Both the position numbers and the translations under genes were made by a program. Shown here piece after piece: positions 24,816 through 38,307 of a stretch of DNA of 63,667 bases. Below the pieces are notes generated by a model that was not told the origin of the DNA, did not search any database, and worked only from the letters and a program-made list of their open reading frames with translations. Position 1 is the first letter of the stretch. Every line of letters starts with the position of its first letter. The DNA is from Octopus bimaculoides (taxonomy: Eukaryota), in contig NC_068989.1 of NCBI RefSeq assembly GCF_001194135.2, forward strand, positions 92,861,778 to 92,925,444. The letters are read 5' to 3'.

Positions 24816-25813
24816 CGTGTATACACACACACACACGAACAGACAATCTGTATGTGTGTGTGTGTATATATATATATATANNNNNNNNNNNNNNNNNNNN
24901 NNNNNNNNNNNNNNNNNNNNNNNNNNNNNNNNNNNNNNNNNNNNNNNNNNNNNNNNNNNNNNNNNNNNNNNNNNNNNNNNNNNNNNNNNNNNNNNNNNNN
25001 NNNNNNNNNNNNNNNNNNNNNNNNNNNNNNNNNNNNNNNNNNNNNNNNNNNNNNNNNNNNNNNNNNNNNNNNNNNNNNNNNNNNNNNNNNNNNNNNNNNN
25101 NNNNNNNNNNNNNNNNNNNNNNNNNNNNNNNNNNNNNNNNNNNNNNNNNNNNNNNNNNNNNNNNNNNNNNNNNNNNNNNNNNNNNNNNNNNNNNNNNNNN
25201 NNNNNNNNNNNNNNNNNNNNNNNNNNNNNNNNNNNNNNNNNNNNNNNNNNNNNNNNNNNNNNNNNNNNNNNNNNNNNNNNNNNNNNNNNNNNNNNNNNNN
25301 NNNNNNNNNNNNNNNNNNNNNNNNNNNNNNNNNNNNNNNNNNNNNNNNNNNNNNNNNNNNNNNNNNNNNNNNNNNNNNNNNNNNNNNNNNNNNNNNNNNN
25401 NNNNNNNNNNNNNNNNNNNNNNNNNNNNNNNNNNNNNNNNNNNNNNNNNNNNNNNNNNNNNNNNNNNNNNNNNNNNNNNNNNNNNNNNNNNNNNNNNNNN
25501 NNNNNNNNNNNNNNNNNNNNNNNNNNNNNNNNNNNNNNNNNNNNNNNNNNNNNNNNNNNNNNNNNNNNNNNNNNNNNNNNNNNNNNNNNNNNNNNNNNNN
25601 NNNNNNNNNNNNNNNNNNNNNNNNNNNNNNNNNNNNNNNNNNNNNNNNNNNNNNNNNNNNNNNNNNNNNNNNNNNNNNNNNNNNNNNNNNNNNNNNNNNN
25701 NNNNNNNNNNNNNNNNNNNNNNNNNNNNNNNNNNNNNNNNNNNNNNNNNNNNNNNNNNNNNNNNNNNNNNNNNNNNNNNNNNNNNNNNNNNNNNNNNNNN
25801 NNNNNNNNNNNNN

Positions 25814-26040
25814 GCTATCCTCATCCATTCTCACCACATGTCCATACCAGCGCAATCGTCTCTCTTGCACACCACAACTGATGCTTCTAATGTTCAGCTT
25901 TTCTCTCAAGATACTTACACTCTGACGGGTATTCACATTGACATTACACATCCAACGGAGCATACTGGCTTCATTCCTTGCGAGCTTACGTATGTCCTCA
26001 GCAGTTACAGCCCATGTTTCACTGCCATGTAGCATGGCTG
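25814..26040 (-). mobile_element. RTE-clade LINE fragment (C-terminal part of RT ORF)
   Basis: MLHGSETWAVTAEDIRKLARNEASMLRWMCNV..RERRLRWYGHVVRMDEDS-type peptide (here QERRLRWYGHVVRM); xGSETW and RLRWxGHVxRM are RTE hallmarks. It runs into a gap. Confidence 0.9.
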
Positions 26041-26049
26041 TTCGTACGC

Positions 26050-26083
<34 letters not shown>

Positions 26084-26810
26084 TTATATATAATCTGCAT
26101 CTATCTATCTATCTATCTATTTATCTATATCAGCACCTGTCTTAAGCGTTTTCTATCCAATTATGCACTATTATTTATAGCTTACCTGCTTCAAGATCCG
26201 ACGATCATCTCATCATTTGACATGTGGCACCCCGTTGCGCCTGTACAGGTAATGTCGATTTGATAGAGGGAGTGCGCTTATGTGTACACAAACATTTGTT
26301 CGCTATAAACAAATTATTTGTGTGGTTGTTCGGTAAGAAATTGTCGAACCCTCATACATCATCTAAGGACGGGAGAGTCCATTATATATATATATAATAC
26401 CCATACATGCAAGCGTATGCATTCTCCTATGCGATGTCATGTGATAATATATTCCAAGAAAAACTAAATTAAATGTCTATGATAATTATTAAGTTATTCG
26501 TTTTTCACCCGTTCTCTACTCAAATTAGATCATCTCATTTTTACGCCTTCTACCATGAAGCTATGTTTCAATCATTTGACTAATCATTCATGAACCTTGT
26601 GATATAAATCAACTTCCGAAGTAATAAATTCATCATCAAATTTTTACGTAAACGGTTTTAAAAGTTGAATATCACCGTTACCGCGAAGAAAGCAAAAATT
26701 TAACTTTTCGGATAGGCTCCTTCACAAAGAGAGAGGTNNNNNNNNNNNNNNNNNNNNNNNNNNNNNNNNNNNNNNNNNNNNNNNNNNNNNNNGAGAGAGA
26801 GGGAGAGAGG

Positions 26811-26846
<36 letters not shown>

Positions 26847-27568
26847 GAGAGAATTGTTTCCTGAGGGTAGCAAATTAATAGATTCTCCTATGAAAGGTTC
26901 TGTCCGAATATTTTCCACTTCAAATGGAACAATTTGTTCCGGTTTTAAAGTTAAAAATATAAACTGAAGTTAGCAGTGGCAGCTCTGACGGGTCTAGTAT
27001 TGGCCTGCATTCGCAAATATTTAGTATAAAATAAGTTAAAACAATAATGAGATACATTAACTTGTTACGTAGAAGTGCAAAAATTTTATCGTATTGGATA
27101 AAATTCTTTGTTTGAGATAGGCGTTTTCTGGAGATACTGTATAAATAAATTGGAAGTTTTCAAAGACAGATAGAAAAGAAAAAAGCCAAAAATGAAGCGG
27201 TACATAGAATAAATGACGGAATAAATCCAGTGAAGAAAAATTACTTTTAAACATTTTTTGCTCACTAATCAGTGTTATTAGAGAACTTTGGGATGTCTTT
27301 CATTGCATTTTTTTTTATCGTTTTTAATTTACTTTTCGTTCGCTTGGCATCAGTATCTTGGGCATTCGTCTTAGAAAAAGCCGCACTGGCTGCAATATTC
27401 TCGGTTTTCTTATGTATTCATTATCTTGTGTGCTTCCGGAACAAAATCCATTGGCGATTTATTTCCAGCGAGTTCATAATAGTAATGCAGCGCCTCTATA
27501 GGTGATTGACGTTTTCCAGGGACAGGTTATAAAGATGTATCCCCTACCAATATAAACGGTTGAAGGTA

Positions 27569-27674
<106 letters not shown>

Positions 27675-28204
27675 CTGAAGACCTATTTACGTATTTATCT
27701 CTGTAAAGAAGAAAGCTAAAATAAAATTGCATGTGATCGAATGGAAAGCTTGGAGCGGGTGATATTTTATCCATTTATATGTGTGTGTTTGTGTGCCTGT
27801 ATGTGCTTGTGTGTTTCTGTGTGTATCTACATATACAGTTGTGCGAATATTTACAGGATCTTAAGATATTGTCTGTATNNNNNNNNNNGTGTACAGTGTG
27901 AACGAACCGCACAGGGCGGCCATTTTATATACGTATGCATCCTGTAGTTAAAGGTATGTATTGCGTTTAAGGAAGTGAATAGCTAATTTGGTTTCGACAC
28001 AGGGCGCTCAAAACCCATGATACTCCACTGAGCATTTGTTAACCTTAAATATTTAGATGAGTAAGAAAAGAAAAAGTGAATATAATAGCTTTCCTATCGT
28101 CTAAAAATGACTCAAATTGCTCTCATGTGATATAATTACTAACATTTTAACGTTCTCCAATATATACCTAATTTTTGTTTTAAGAATAGAATCCAGCCAT
28201 GAAT

Positions 28205-28425
28205 AATAAAAATGGCGACGAATTGAGGTTGGCGGAATCATTAGAGCGTATTTCTTCCGTCTTTTAATGTTTCGAGTTCAAATCCCGCTGATTTCAATTT
28301 TGCCATTCGTTCCTCTTGGTTGAATAAAATAAAGCACCAGACAAGAAATAGAATTGGTGTTTTCGATAAATAATGGGATTCACGTTTCTCTTCCACTAAA
28401 TATTAAAGGTTTTGTGCCTAAATTA
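28205..28425 (+). mobile_element. SINE family 2, diverged copy
   Basis: GAGTTCAAATCCCG..TTTGCCATTCGTTCC..TAAAATAAAGCACCAG..TTGTGCCTAAATTAGAA. Confidence 0.7.
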
Positions 28426-28439
28426 GAAGCAATGATACT

Positions 28440-28610
28440 CGTAATTTTGGCACAAGGCCAGCAATTTTGAGGGAAGAGAGCAAGTCAATTACATCGATCC
28501 TCAGACTTGAATGGTTCCTTAGCTTATCGACCCGGAAAGGTTTAAAGATAAAGATGGTCACAGCATGATTTGAACTCAGAATATAAAGAGCCAGAACGAA
28601 CGCTGACAAA
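28440..28610 (-). mobile_element. SINE family 2 copy
   Basis: AATTTTGGCACAAGGCCAGCAATTTT..TTATCGACCCGGAAAGG..TTTGAACTCAGAA. Confidence 0.8.
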
Positions 28611-28650
28611 ATTTTTCGCCGACCTCCTAATAATAATAAAAAGACAAAAT

Positions 28651-28852
28651 GATTTCACATTTTGTCACAAGGCCAGCAATTTCGGGGAAGTAGGTAAGTC
28701 GATCAAATCGACCCTAGTATTCAACTGGTACCTATTTTATCGACCCCGAAAGGCAAAGTCGACCTCTTCCGAATTTGAGCTCAGAACATAAAGACGGACG
28801 AAACGCCGCTTAGCATTTTGTCTGGCGTGCTAACGATTCTGCCAGCTCGCTC
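28651..28852 (-). mobile_element. SINE family 2, well-preserved copy
   Basis: Full antisense consensus from CACAAGGCCAGCAATT to AACGATTCTGCCAGCTCGC. Confidence 0.9.
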
Positions 28853-28865
28853 TCTGCTTTTTCAA

Positions 28866-28919
<54 letters not shown>

Positions 28920-29158
28920 CAGTAATTCTTTATNNNNNNNNNNGTGTGTGTGTGTGCATGCACGTACGTGCTTGTATGTATATATTTCTTTTCCTTAATT
29001 CTCTCTTTTTTTTCTTGTCTGGTATCTCTACCTTTCTCTTTCTCTACACGCGCCTGTGTGTATGGGCGGCTGCGTGCGTGTTTGCATTTATCGGTGTATG
29101 TTAGCATGAATCTACCTACGCATTCGTCCTCTCATCTCATCTCATTTTATCTTTTCTC

Positions 29159-29201
<43 letters not shown>

Positions 29202-29224
29202 GATCTAATTGGAATTTACAAAAG

Positions 29225-29325
29225 ACGAAGACAGGTGTGTAAACAACAAACAGATGTATTAGTTTAACGCTCGGGAAGTGACAAAGTATTTAACGTTTCG
29301 AGCCTACGCTCTTCAACAGAAATGA
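29225..29325 (+). repeat. Unclassified interspersed repeat
   Basis: AACGTTTCGAGCCTACGCTCTTCAACAG motif shared with 19045-19200. Confidence 0.35.
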
Positions 29326-29329
29326 ACAC

Positions 29330-29382
<53 letters not shown>

Positions 29383-29419
29383 CGCGGTTTTTCCATAATC
29401 CCACTGTCCACACCCTCTC

Positions 29420-29482
<63 letters not shown>

Positions 29483-29676
29483 AATACACACATACATATA
29501 CATACACACATATGCAAGTACATATGTAAAGAGAGCAGTGTTAGATTAAAATGGCTAGAGAAAGAGAGAGGTGAGAGAAAGAGAGAGGGTCACAGACAGT
29601 GATAGAGACAGGCAGACGCACGGACAGAGACAGACAGAGACAGGAAGAGCGTCACGTACTCAAAGAGAAAATCATA

Positions 29677-29715
<39 letters not shown>

Positions 29716-30038
29716 ATACACATATTCATAACCCTTCGTACAAAATGCACAGGAACCAGTTGATAGAAATACATGCACGAACCTTGGTGATGACAAAAAC
29801 ACACAAATTGAAAACACACACATACAAATGCATATAGATAAAAATGCACGCGCATACATGCAAACATGCATAACCACACATAAATGTAGTTAGAAATGAA
29901 CACATGCATGCACAGACAAAAATGCACTCACACACACACACATATATACACTGCACGGCTCTTACAGGAACATACGCACATACATAAATGTACATACAGG
30001 CATGCATACATACACCCATGCATACATACATACATATA

Positions 30039-30086
<48 letters not shown>

Positions 30087-30504
30087 NNNNNNNNNNNNNN
30101 NNNNNNNNNNNNNNNNNNNNNNNNNNNNNNNNNNNNNNNNNNNNNNNNNNNNNNNNNNNNNNNNNNNNNNNNNNNNNNNNNNNNNNNNNNNNNNNNNNNN
30201 NNNNNNNNNNNNNNNNNNNNNNNNNNNNNNNNNNNNNNNNNNNNNNNNNNNNNNNNNNNNNNNNNNNNNNNNNNNNNNNNNNNNNNNNNNNNNNNNNNNN
30301 NNNNNNNNNNNNNNNNNNNNNNNNNNNNNNNNNNNNNNNNNNNNNNNNNNNNNNNNNNNNNNNNNNNNNNNNNNNNNNNNNNNNNNNNNNNNNNNNNNNN
30401 NNNNNNNNNNNNNNNNNNNNNNNNNNNNNNNNNNNNNNNNNNNNNNNNNNNNNNNNNNNNNNNNNNNNNNNNNNNNNNNNNNNNNNNNNNNNNNNNNNNN
30501 NNNN

Positions 30505-30551
<47 letters not shown>

Positions 30552-31399
30552 TATATATATATATATATATTGCATGCATATATTTATATACCAACAGACA
30601 CACACATGTATATGGAAGTGAGTAATCATATGTGCATAAAACGCATACGCAGAGAGACAGGCATATACGCTTACAAAATACATGGAGACATGCGCGCGCG
30701 CGTATATACACGCGCAGATAACAGCATAGTGCCATAGGCAAAATAAAATAAAAAATGGGGGACGAAAGAAAACAAAGTAAATTGACGCAAAAAATTACAA
30801 AATAAAGCAAAAAATAATGAAAAAAACTAGAATCCAAATTCTTTTCGGTTTGGTTAGATTAAACTCCACAATATACTAGATAGAAGAAATCAGTGTAGAA
30901 TCGTACTGAAAAGAGAATAATCAGTACCGAAGCCCCAAACAACCAAAACCAACTAAGAAAGCATAAAAAAGAAAGAAACAAAGAAGTAAAATAAGAAAAC
31001 GAAAATAGAGAGGAATAAAGAGCGAGTAAGAACGGAGATCAGTAACAATGAAAGGATAAGTTTTTTTTTTACTGTTTTATTTAGCAAAAAACAAAAATGA
31101 GAAAGATGACATCAACAATGGAATGGAACTAGGAAAGATTCCAAAAGATCAAAAGATTCCATCTTGTTTTATTCATCTTTGTTAGTTAAAGAAAATATGT
31201 GTCTACGTACGTATACATACATACATACATATATACATACATACACTAACGCACACACATATATATATATATACATATACATATATATGTATATATAAAA
31301 ATGTATGTATGTGTGTGTGTACGTGTGTTTACATAATATGAGTATAATATATATATATATAATTATGTATGTATATATGTCTATACAAACATGAATTAG

Positions 31400-31454
<55 letters not shown>

Positions 31455-31506
31455 AGTATATATATATACTTATATACATAAACACACACACNNNNNNNNN
31501 NNNNNN

Positions 31507-31553
<47 letters not shown>

Positions 31554-31937
31554 GCCACATATATACATTCACACATATACACACAGGTATCTGTGTGTGT
31601 GTAGATGTACGTATCCTTTTCTTCTCTCCCTGGTTTCTATTATCCACTTGTGGCCATGCTGGAGCAACACAAATGCATGCGTGCATTTCATCATCCACCT
31701 CTGCATTTGTTGTCTGAGTGCCTCTCCCCTGCTCTTCCCTGCAATCCTTTTTTTCATAGTCTCAACATTAATTCCATGTATTTCTCTTGTGCTTCAAGAG
31801 ACAAGATAGAAGACATGTTACAACTCGAAAGACAGGCTGTTGGAGTACCTCGATTTCACAGGGAAGGAACAAAGATTGCCTTGTGAACGTGGAAGTCTGA
31901 GAAGACCATTATTCGGAGCAATAATTTAGCCATTCAT

Positions 31938-32276
31938 GAAGGCGCATGGCTCAGTGGTTAGAGCATCGGGCTCACAATCATGTGGTAGTGAGTTCGACTC
32001 CAGGACCGGATTGTGTGTTGTATTCTTGAGTAAATCACTTAATTTTATGTTCTTCCAGTTCACTCAGCTGTAGAAAAGAGTTGCGAGGTCACTGGTGCCA
32101 AGCTGTATCGGCCCCTTTGCCTTTCTCTTGGATAACATTGGTGGCGTGGAGAAGGGAGGCTGGTATGCATGGACGACTGCTGGTCTTCCATAAACAACCT
32201 TGCCCGAGCTTGTGCCTAAGTTGAGAACTTTCTAAGTGCAATTCCCTGATCTTTCATGACCGAAGTGGGTCTTTTA
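31938..32276 (+). mobile_element. tRNA-derived SINE family 4
   Basis: Head GGCGCATGGCTCAGTGGTTAGAGC..GAGTTCGACTCC; CORE-like TTGTATTCTTGAGTAAATCACTT; distinct 3' body ending CATGACCGAAGTGGGTCTTTT. Confidence 0.85.
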
Positions 32277-32667
32277 ATTTAACAACTTAGGCTAAACCCT
32301 TCCAGCTATTGGAATCTTGTTCTGAATATTCTGGGGGTCTATCCAACTGTGTTTTGCAAGTTCTTGTCATTTCCAAAATATATGCACAAAACGTTCACTC
32401 ACTACGTACTACAGTCTTGAGCTACCGCCCAGTTTTCTGACTCGGCAAATTCTCCTGGCCTCGTGAGTTCATGTCGTGCTACGTTGCGTGGGTATTCCTA
32501 GCGAAGCGCCTGACGCTTTCCGATATTTGAGATTTTATGATATCTCATTCAGCTCATATGTTGTCGAAGACCTTTTTATCGGTTTTTGATATCTAATGTG
32601 TATGGGTGCGTGTGTAGACATTTATATATATGAGTTTGTGTGTGTGTGTGTGTATGTATACACACAC

Positions 32668-32739
<72 letters not shown>

Positions 32740-33581
32740 GCACCTATACAGGCATAAATACATACATGTGTGTGTGTAGATATCGCTAAAATATGCTTAT
32801 ACATGTATATATACATTTATATTTATATCTTATATATTGTGTATACACACTCACACACACAAGCACATATTCAGGCACATACGCTTATATGTGTGTGGAA
32901 TATTTGCATCTATCTGTGAGTGTGTGTGTGTATTTAAACACAAATGTACATATAATTGCATAAAAATGTAAATAAAAAAGTAGAAAAAAACACAATGAAA
33001 TAATCAATATAACCATGGAAGAATATGATGACAAAATCAACAAGAAAACCACAGATGCAATGACAGTATTAATATCATCTGGGCAAAATACCAAAATCGA
33101 AAGATCTTAAAGCGAAAGATGGCATATGCACAAGTAAATATCCTGCCACACTGAACATAAGAGAGAAAATGATATAAACGATATGTACAGACACATATAT
33201 ACACATTTGTGTAGATGTATGTGTATAAGCCGTTTTTATATTTGCTTGCTCACAACATGGCCAGACGTTTCAACTCTTGGTTCTACGGAGAAGACAATTT
33301 CACAGAAAAACACAATAAACAATGAGAAGAATTGAATTATCTTCCCTTGTTGGAGAGAACAATAAGCTTAATATATCTATTCTACATCATTCCGCCCTCC
33401 CTTTTACTACAGTTTTCGTTACGGCTTTTTTGTAGAATACTACGATCATCTAATTATGTGTGTGTGTGTATGTGCATGATATATATATATACATATGTGT
33501 GTGTGTGTGTGTATTTATATTTATACACATGCACAGGCGCACACACATGCACACATACAGACAGACAGACAGACAGACGAA

Positions 33582-33626
<45 letters not shown>

Positions 33627-33950
33627 GTATAATGGATTCTCCAGTCGACCCAGACCTATGAGGGTTCAAGTAGTCACTATCCCAACTGTCAGACTAGCCA
33701 CATAGTTGACTTGTTTTCGATGATGAAGCCTTTTATAGGATCACTCACACTTTCAGGAAATGCTCACAGCAGAAATTAGGGAAACTGCTTGCCATGAACT
33801 TAATGAAGTTCGTATCTCAGGTTTTTCTAAAAGACTACTTGTTTGGATGCTAAACTCACTCTAATTTCACTCTGGAAGTTTGCCTCTATACCTACAACGG
33901 GCAAGAGTTGTCTGCATACATGCATGGGTACGTATATATATGTGTGTGCG

Positions 33951-34200
33951 GTGGAGGCGCGTGGCTTAGTGGTTATGGTGTCAGCATCATGATCGTAAGA
34001 TTGTGGTTTCGATTCCTGGACCGGGTGACGCGTTGTGTTCTTGAGCAAAACGTTGCTCCAGTCCACTCAGCTGGCAAAAATGAGTAACGCTGCGATGGAC
34101 TGGCATCCCATCCAGTTGGGGGGAACACATACGCCTTTGAAACCGGGAAACCGGGCCCATGAGCCTGGTTAGGCTTTAAAAGGGTGCATTTATTTTATTT
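33951..34200 (+). mobile_element. tRNA-derived SINE family 5
   Basis: Head GGCGCGTGGCTTAGTGGTT..GGTTTCGATTCC; TTGTGTTCTTGAGCAAAAC; GCGATGGACTGGCATCCCATCCAG block; (TTTA)-type tail. Confidence 0.88.
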
Positions 34201-34234
34201 ATTATATGTGTGTGAGTGGGGGTACTTACCTACA

Positions 34235-34520
34235 TACAAAGAATACTAGTGGAATATTCTCATCAAAACTTCTGTCAAGTGTAAGCGTCACAGGCCGGAT
34301 ATTGTTGTTTAGGAAGGAGGGGCAAACGTATGTACCGTCGTAGAGGTCAACTGCCCTACAGATATAAATAATTCTTTGAAAATCAAAGAAAAATAGGATA
34401 TCTATGGACAGCTGCTTCAAAACCTCCAGCTTCTATATCAGGACTATGAATTCATATTCATTCCGATAATAGTTAGAGCACTAAGTTTTGTTAGTAAATG
34501 CTTAAAGAGGAATCTGCGCA
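34235..34520 (+). mobile_element. R4/Dong-like LINE restriction-like endonuclease (RLE) fragment
   Basis: Broken frame reads ..HRPDIVV*..VVEVNCPTDIN..KEK*DIYGQL..FIPIIVRAL, the PD-x-E signature of RLE non-LTR elements. Confidence 0.75.
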
Positions 34521-34529
34521 AAAGGTCCC

Positions 34530-34859
34530 AGAATGAAGGCTGTTTAAGAAAGATGAACGAAACAACCCTTTGATTCCTGAGGTGAATTATCCAAACCCCC
34601 AAATATTCCTCTCAACACATGGCTATTGTGTTCTCCCACTTCTTCTGCTCCTGATTAGAGGTGCACATATCATTAGCCACTAAGGGGGATGCTCAATTGG
34701 TTGAGGTCAAGAAACTGACCAGAATATTTGCTGCATCCCATCTTTTATACCAAGACAAAACATGGACATCTTAACACTTCCAATCAGTTAAGATCAGAAT
34801 TCATGAAGGCCCCTGCCTGGTACTGCATTAGAGCAGACGTCCTGCATCAGGATAAGCTA

Positions 34860-34890
<31 letters not shown>
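34530..34890 (+). repeat. Unclassified retroposon-like repeat ending in an (ATT)n tail
   Basis: Unique body ending CTGCCTGGTACTGCAT.. followed by (ATT)n; recognised only loosely from recall. Confidence 0.4.
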
Positions 34891-35119
34891 GTAGTTGCCG
34901 ATATCTGTGCTATTATTACTTATATTTATATATTTTAAAAATATATATAAGTAATTCAAAATATGAAAAAATCAAAAGAAAGTAAAAATATAAATTCACA
35001 AAAGAATATGAAAAAAAAATTTGGAAAGCCAATACAAAGCGAACTCACAAAATTTATGAGATGATGAAGTATAATACTAATGACAATAATAATAATAATG
35101 ATAATAATAATAATAATAA

Positions 35120-35156
<37 letters not shown>

Positions 35157-35174
35157 GGTGGTGGTAGTAGTAGT

Positions 35175-35390
35175 AATGGCTTCGCATTTTTGACACAAGA
35201 CGAGCTATTTCGGATGAGTGGTATAGTCAATTGCATCGACCCCAGTACTCAGCTGGTACTTATTTTATCGAGCCCAAAAGGATGAAAGGCAAAGTCGACC
35301 TTAGCAGAATTCGAACTCAGAACGTAGCGACGGGCGAAATACCGCTAAGCATTTCGTCCAACGTGCTAACGATTTTGCCAGCTCACCCAT
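35175..35390 (-). mobile_element. SINE family 2 copy
   Basis: ATCGACCCCAGT..GGATGAAAGGCAAAGTCGACC..GAACTCAGAACG..AACGATTTTGCCAGCTCACC. Confidence 0.9.
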
Positions 35391-35393
35391 AAT

Positions 35394-35540
35394 AAAGAAG
35401 AAGAAGAAGAAGAAGAAGAAGAAGAAGAAGAAGAAGAAGAAGAAGAAGAAGAAGAAGAAGAAGAAGAAGAAGAAGAAGAAGAAGAAGAAGAAGAAGAAGA
35501 AGAAGAAGAAGAAGAAGAAGAAGAAGAAGAAGAAGACAAA
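35394..35540. repeat. (GAA)n microsatellite
   Basis: Direct reading. Confidence 0.97.
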
Positions 35541-35640
35541 GAAGAAGAAGAAGAAGAATCCTGTTCTCTCTTAGCCTTTCTAGTAGTATTTCTAGTGGAG
35601 CCATTATAATAGAACCTGATAATTGGAATTACATGATTAG

Positions 35641-36515
35641 TTCCACCGTGAAACCAACAAATTAAAAGACCAGGAAGTATCATGGAGGTGGCTCAACAAG
35701 AGTGACTTGAAAAGGAATGGTGAAAGCCTAATCATTGCTGCCCAGGACCAGGCATTGTATACCAACTCAGTGAAAAAGAATATATACCACACAAGTGCAT
35801 CGGACCTCTGCAGAATGTGTGAGAAGAGGGTCGAAAGCGTGACTCACATTGTTAGTGCTTGTGAAAGTCTTAAGTAGAAAGAGTACAAGCGTAGACACGA
35901 TAATGTAGCCCCAAACCTCCACAGCTGCTATGTCGTAAGTATGGATATGAGGTTACGGGTGCTTGGTACCAACGTACACCGGAAAAGGTAATGGACGAAA
36001 AAGGGAAGGCAAAAATCCTCTGGGACTTCGACTTCCTGACAGACAAGGTGTTAGAGCACCGAAGGCCGGATATAGTAACTTTTAGGAGGGACAAACAAGA
36101 TTGCCTAATAATCGACGTATCAGTGCCAGGAAATCAACACATCATCATGACAGGAAGAGAAAAATTGATAAATATGGAGACCTGAGAATTGAGATCGCTA
36201 AAATGTGACAGCTACGAGAAGCGAACATAAAGGTTATCCCTATTGTCATCGGAGCATCGGGTTCAAAACCACCCACTCTGAAAAAAAAAAAAACATTTGA
36301 AAACCTTAGAAACAGCCTTACAATCTAGATGTATTGCAAAAGTAGGCATTACTTAGAACTGCACGAATATTGTGTAAAGTACAGTCTGTCTGAGGTCCTT
36401 GTTATGACTTGACAAACAGTAAAAAACGCCTGGTAGACACAATATTTTCAATCAACATCACGATATTGGATACAGTGTGACATCTATAGTAATAATAACA
36501 ACAACAACAACAATG

Positions 36516-36576
<61 letters not shown>

Positions 36577-36600
36577 TAATAATAATAATAATAATGATGA
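35641..36600 (+). mobile_element. 5'-truncated R4/Dong-clade LINE (CCHC knuckle, RLE, 3' UTR and (TAA)n tail)
   Basis: AAQDQAL..CRMC..ESVTHIVSAC..RHDNVA..KILWDF..TDKVLEHRRPDIV..IIDVSVPG..KVIPIVIGA; in-frame TAG at 35875 and frameshifts; (TAA)n at about 36490-36600. Confidence 0.93.
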
Positions 36601-36795
36601 TGATTTCAAATTTTTGCCAAAAGGGTAGCTTGAGGGAAGAGACTATGTCGGTTACATCGACCCCAGTGCGTAACCCCCAAGCTGCCCTTAATAATAATCC
36701 TTTCTTCTAAGGGCACAAGGCCTGAAATGTTTGGGGAGGGGGCTAGTCGGATACATCGAATTGAGTGCATAACTGGTATTTATTTTATCGACATC
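36600..36795 (-). mobile_element. Two SINE family 2 3' fragments
   Basis: TTTCAAATTTT.GCC..TACATCGACCCCAGTG and GGCACAAGGCCTGAAAT..ACTGGTATTTATTTTATCGAC. Confidence 0.75.
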
Positions 36796-36881
36796 TCCAC
36801 GCACATAGATATATAGATAGATAGACAAACAAATAGGTAAATAGATAGATAGACAAACAGATAGATAGATAAATTGATAAT

Positions 36882-36929
<48 letters not shown>

Positions 36930-38274
36930 ATGCAAAAATAATGGTAAACAGGAGATTTTATTTTGTACTCTGATATACCATAGACGCCCGCCCAGTTCTT
37001 CCATTTGGAAGCCGTCGTTAAATGTTTCAGTCTTGGAAATGCTTAAGTTTTTAATAGGATTTTGTACAAATTTCCTGTCTGATTTACCAATATTGAATGC
37101 TTAGAGGTAAAATGCTTATTAATCTACAGAACAAATACAACTGAACCCCTGCAACCACGGAAATATGGTAATCGGCTACAAGAAAAGACACACACAGAGA
37201 CGCAAACACACACGCATACGCATAGATACAAACAGATAGATAGATAGACAAATAGATAGATAAATAGATAAAGAGAAAGAGAGAGAGAGGGACAGATGGA
37301 TAAATGGATGAATATAAATATGTATAAACACGGCTGTGTGCATCAACACATGTAGGTATATATCTTTAAATACGTATATCTATGTACATATGTGTGATGA
37401 TATTGTAAATATAAATATTTACCTCTTTCTCTGTGTGTAGGTATACATATTTCTATATGCGTACATACACAAAGTAATATATGTAAATATATACATACAT
37501 TCACAAGCTACTACATGTGTATATGTACACACACACATATATGCGTGTATATATATATATATGTGTTTGCAAGTGTATGTTTTCAATTAAATGTTATTCC
37601 ATTTTAAAAATTAATATGCATTAAGTTTTAAGTTATTAAAGAACCAGGAGAAAATTCTGTCAGCAGCCAGATTTTGATTANNNNNNNNNNNNNNNNNNNN
37701 NNNNNNNNNNNNNNNNNNNNNNNNNNNNNNNNNNNNNNNNNNNNNNNNNNNNNNNNNNNNNNNNNNNNNNNNNNNNNNNNNNNNNNNNNNNNNNNNNNNN
37801 NNNNNNNNNNNNNNNNNNNNNNNNNNNNNNNNNNNNNNNNNNNNNNNNNNNNNNNNNNNNNNNNNNNNNNNNNNNNNNNNNNNNNNNNNNNNNNNNNNNN
37901 NNNNNNNNNNNNNNNNNNNNNNNNNNNNNNNNNNNNNNNNNNNNNNNNNNNNNNNNNNNNNNNNNNNNNNNNNNNNNNNNNNNNNNNNNNNNNNNNNNNN
38001 NNNNNNNNNNNNNNNNNNNNNNNNNNNNNNNNNNNNNNNNNNNNNNNNNNNNNNNNNNNNNNNNNNNNNNNNNNNNNNNNNNNNNNNNNNNNNNNNNNNN
38101 NNNNNNNNNNNNNNNNNNNNNNNNNNNNNNNNNNNNNNNNNNNNNNNNNNNNNNNNNNNNNNNNNNNNNNNNNNNNNNNNNNNNNNNNNNNNNNNNNNNN
38201 NNNNNNNNNNNNNNNNNNNNNNNNNNNNNNNNNNNNNNNNNNNNNNNNNNNNNNNNNNNNNNNNNNNNNNNNNN

Positions 38275-38307
<33 letters not shown>

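Noticed and set aside
33254-33282. 29-nt minus-strand micro-exon with good acceptor and GTGAGC donor
   Set aside because: Too short to evaluate; the peptide is unrecognised and such motif pairs occur by chance.
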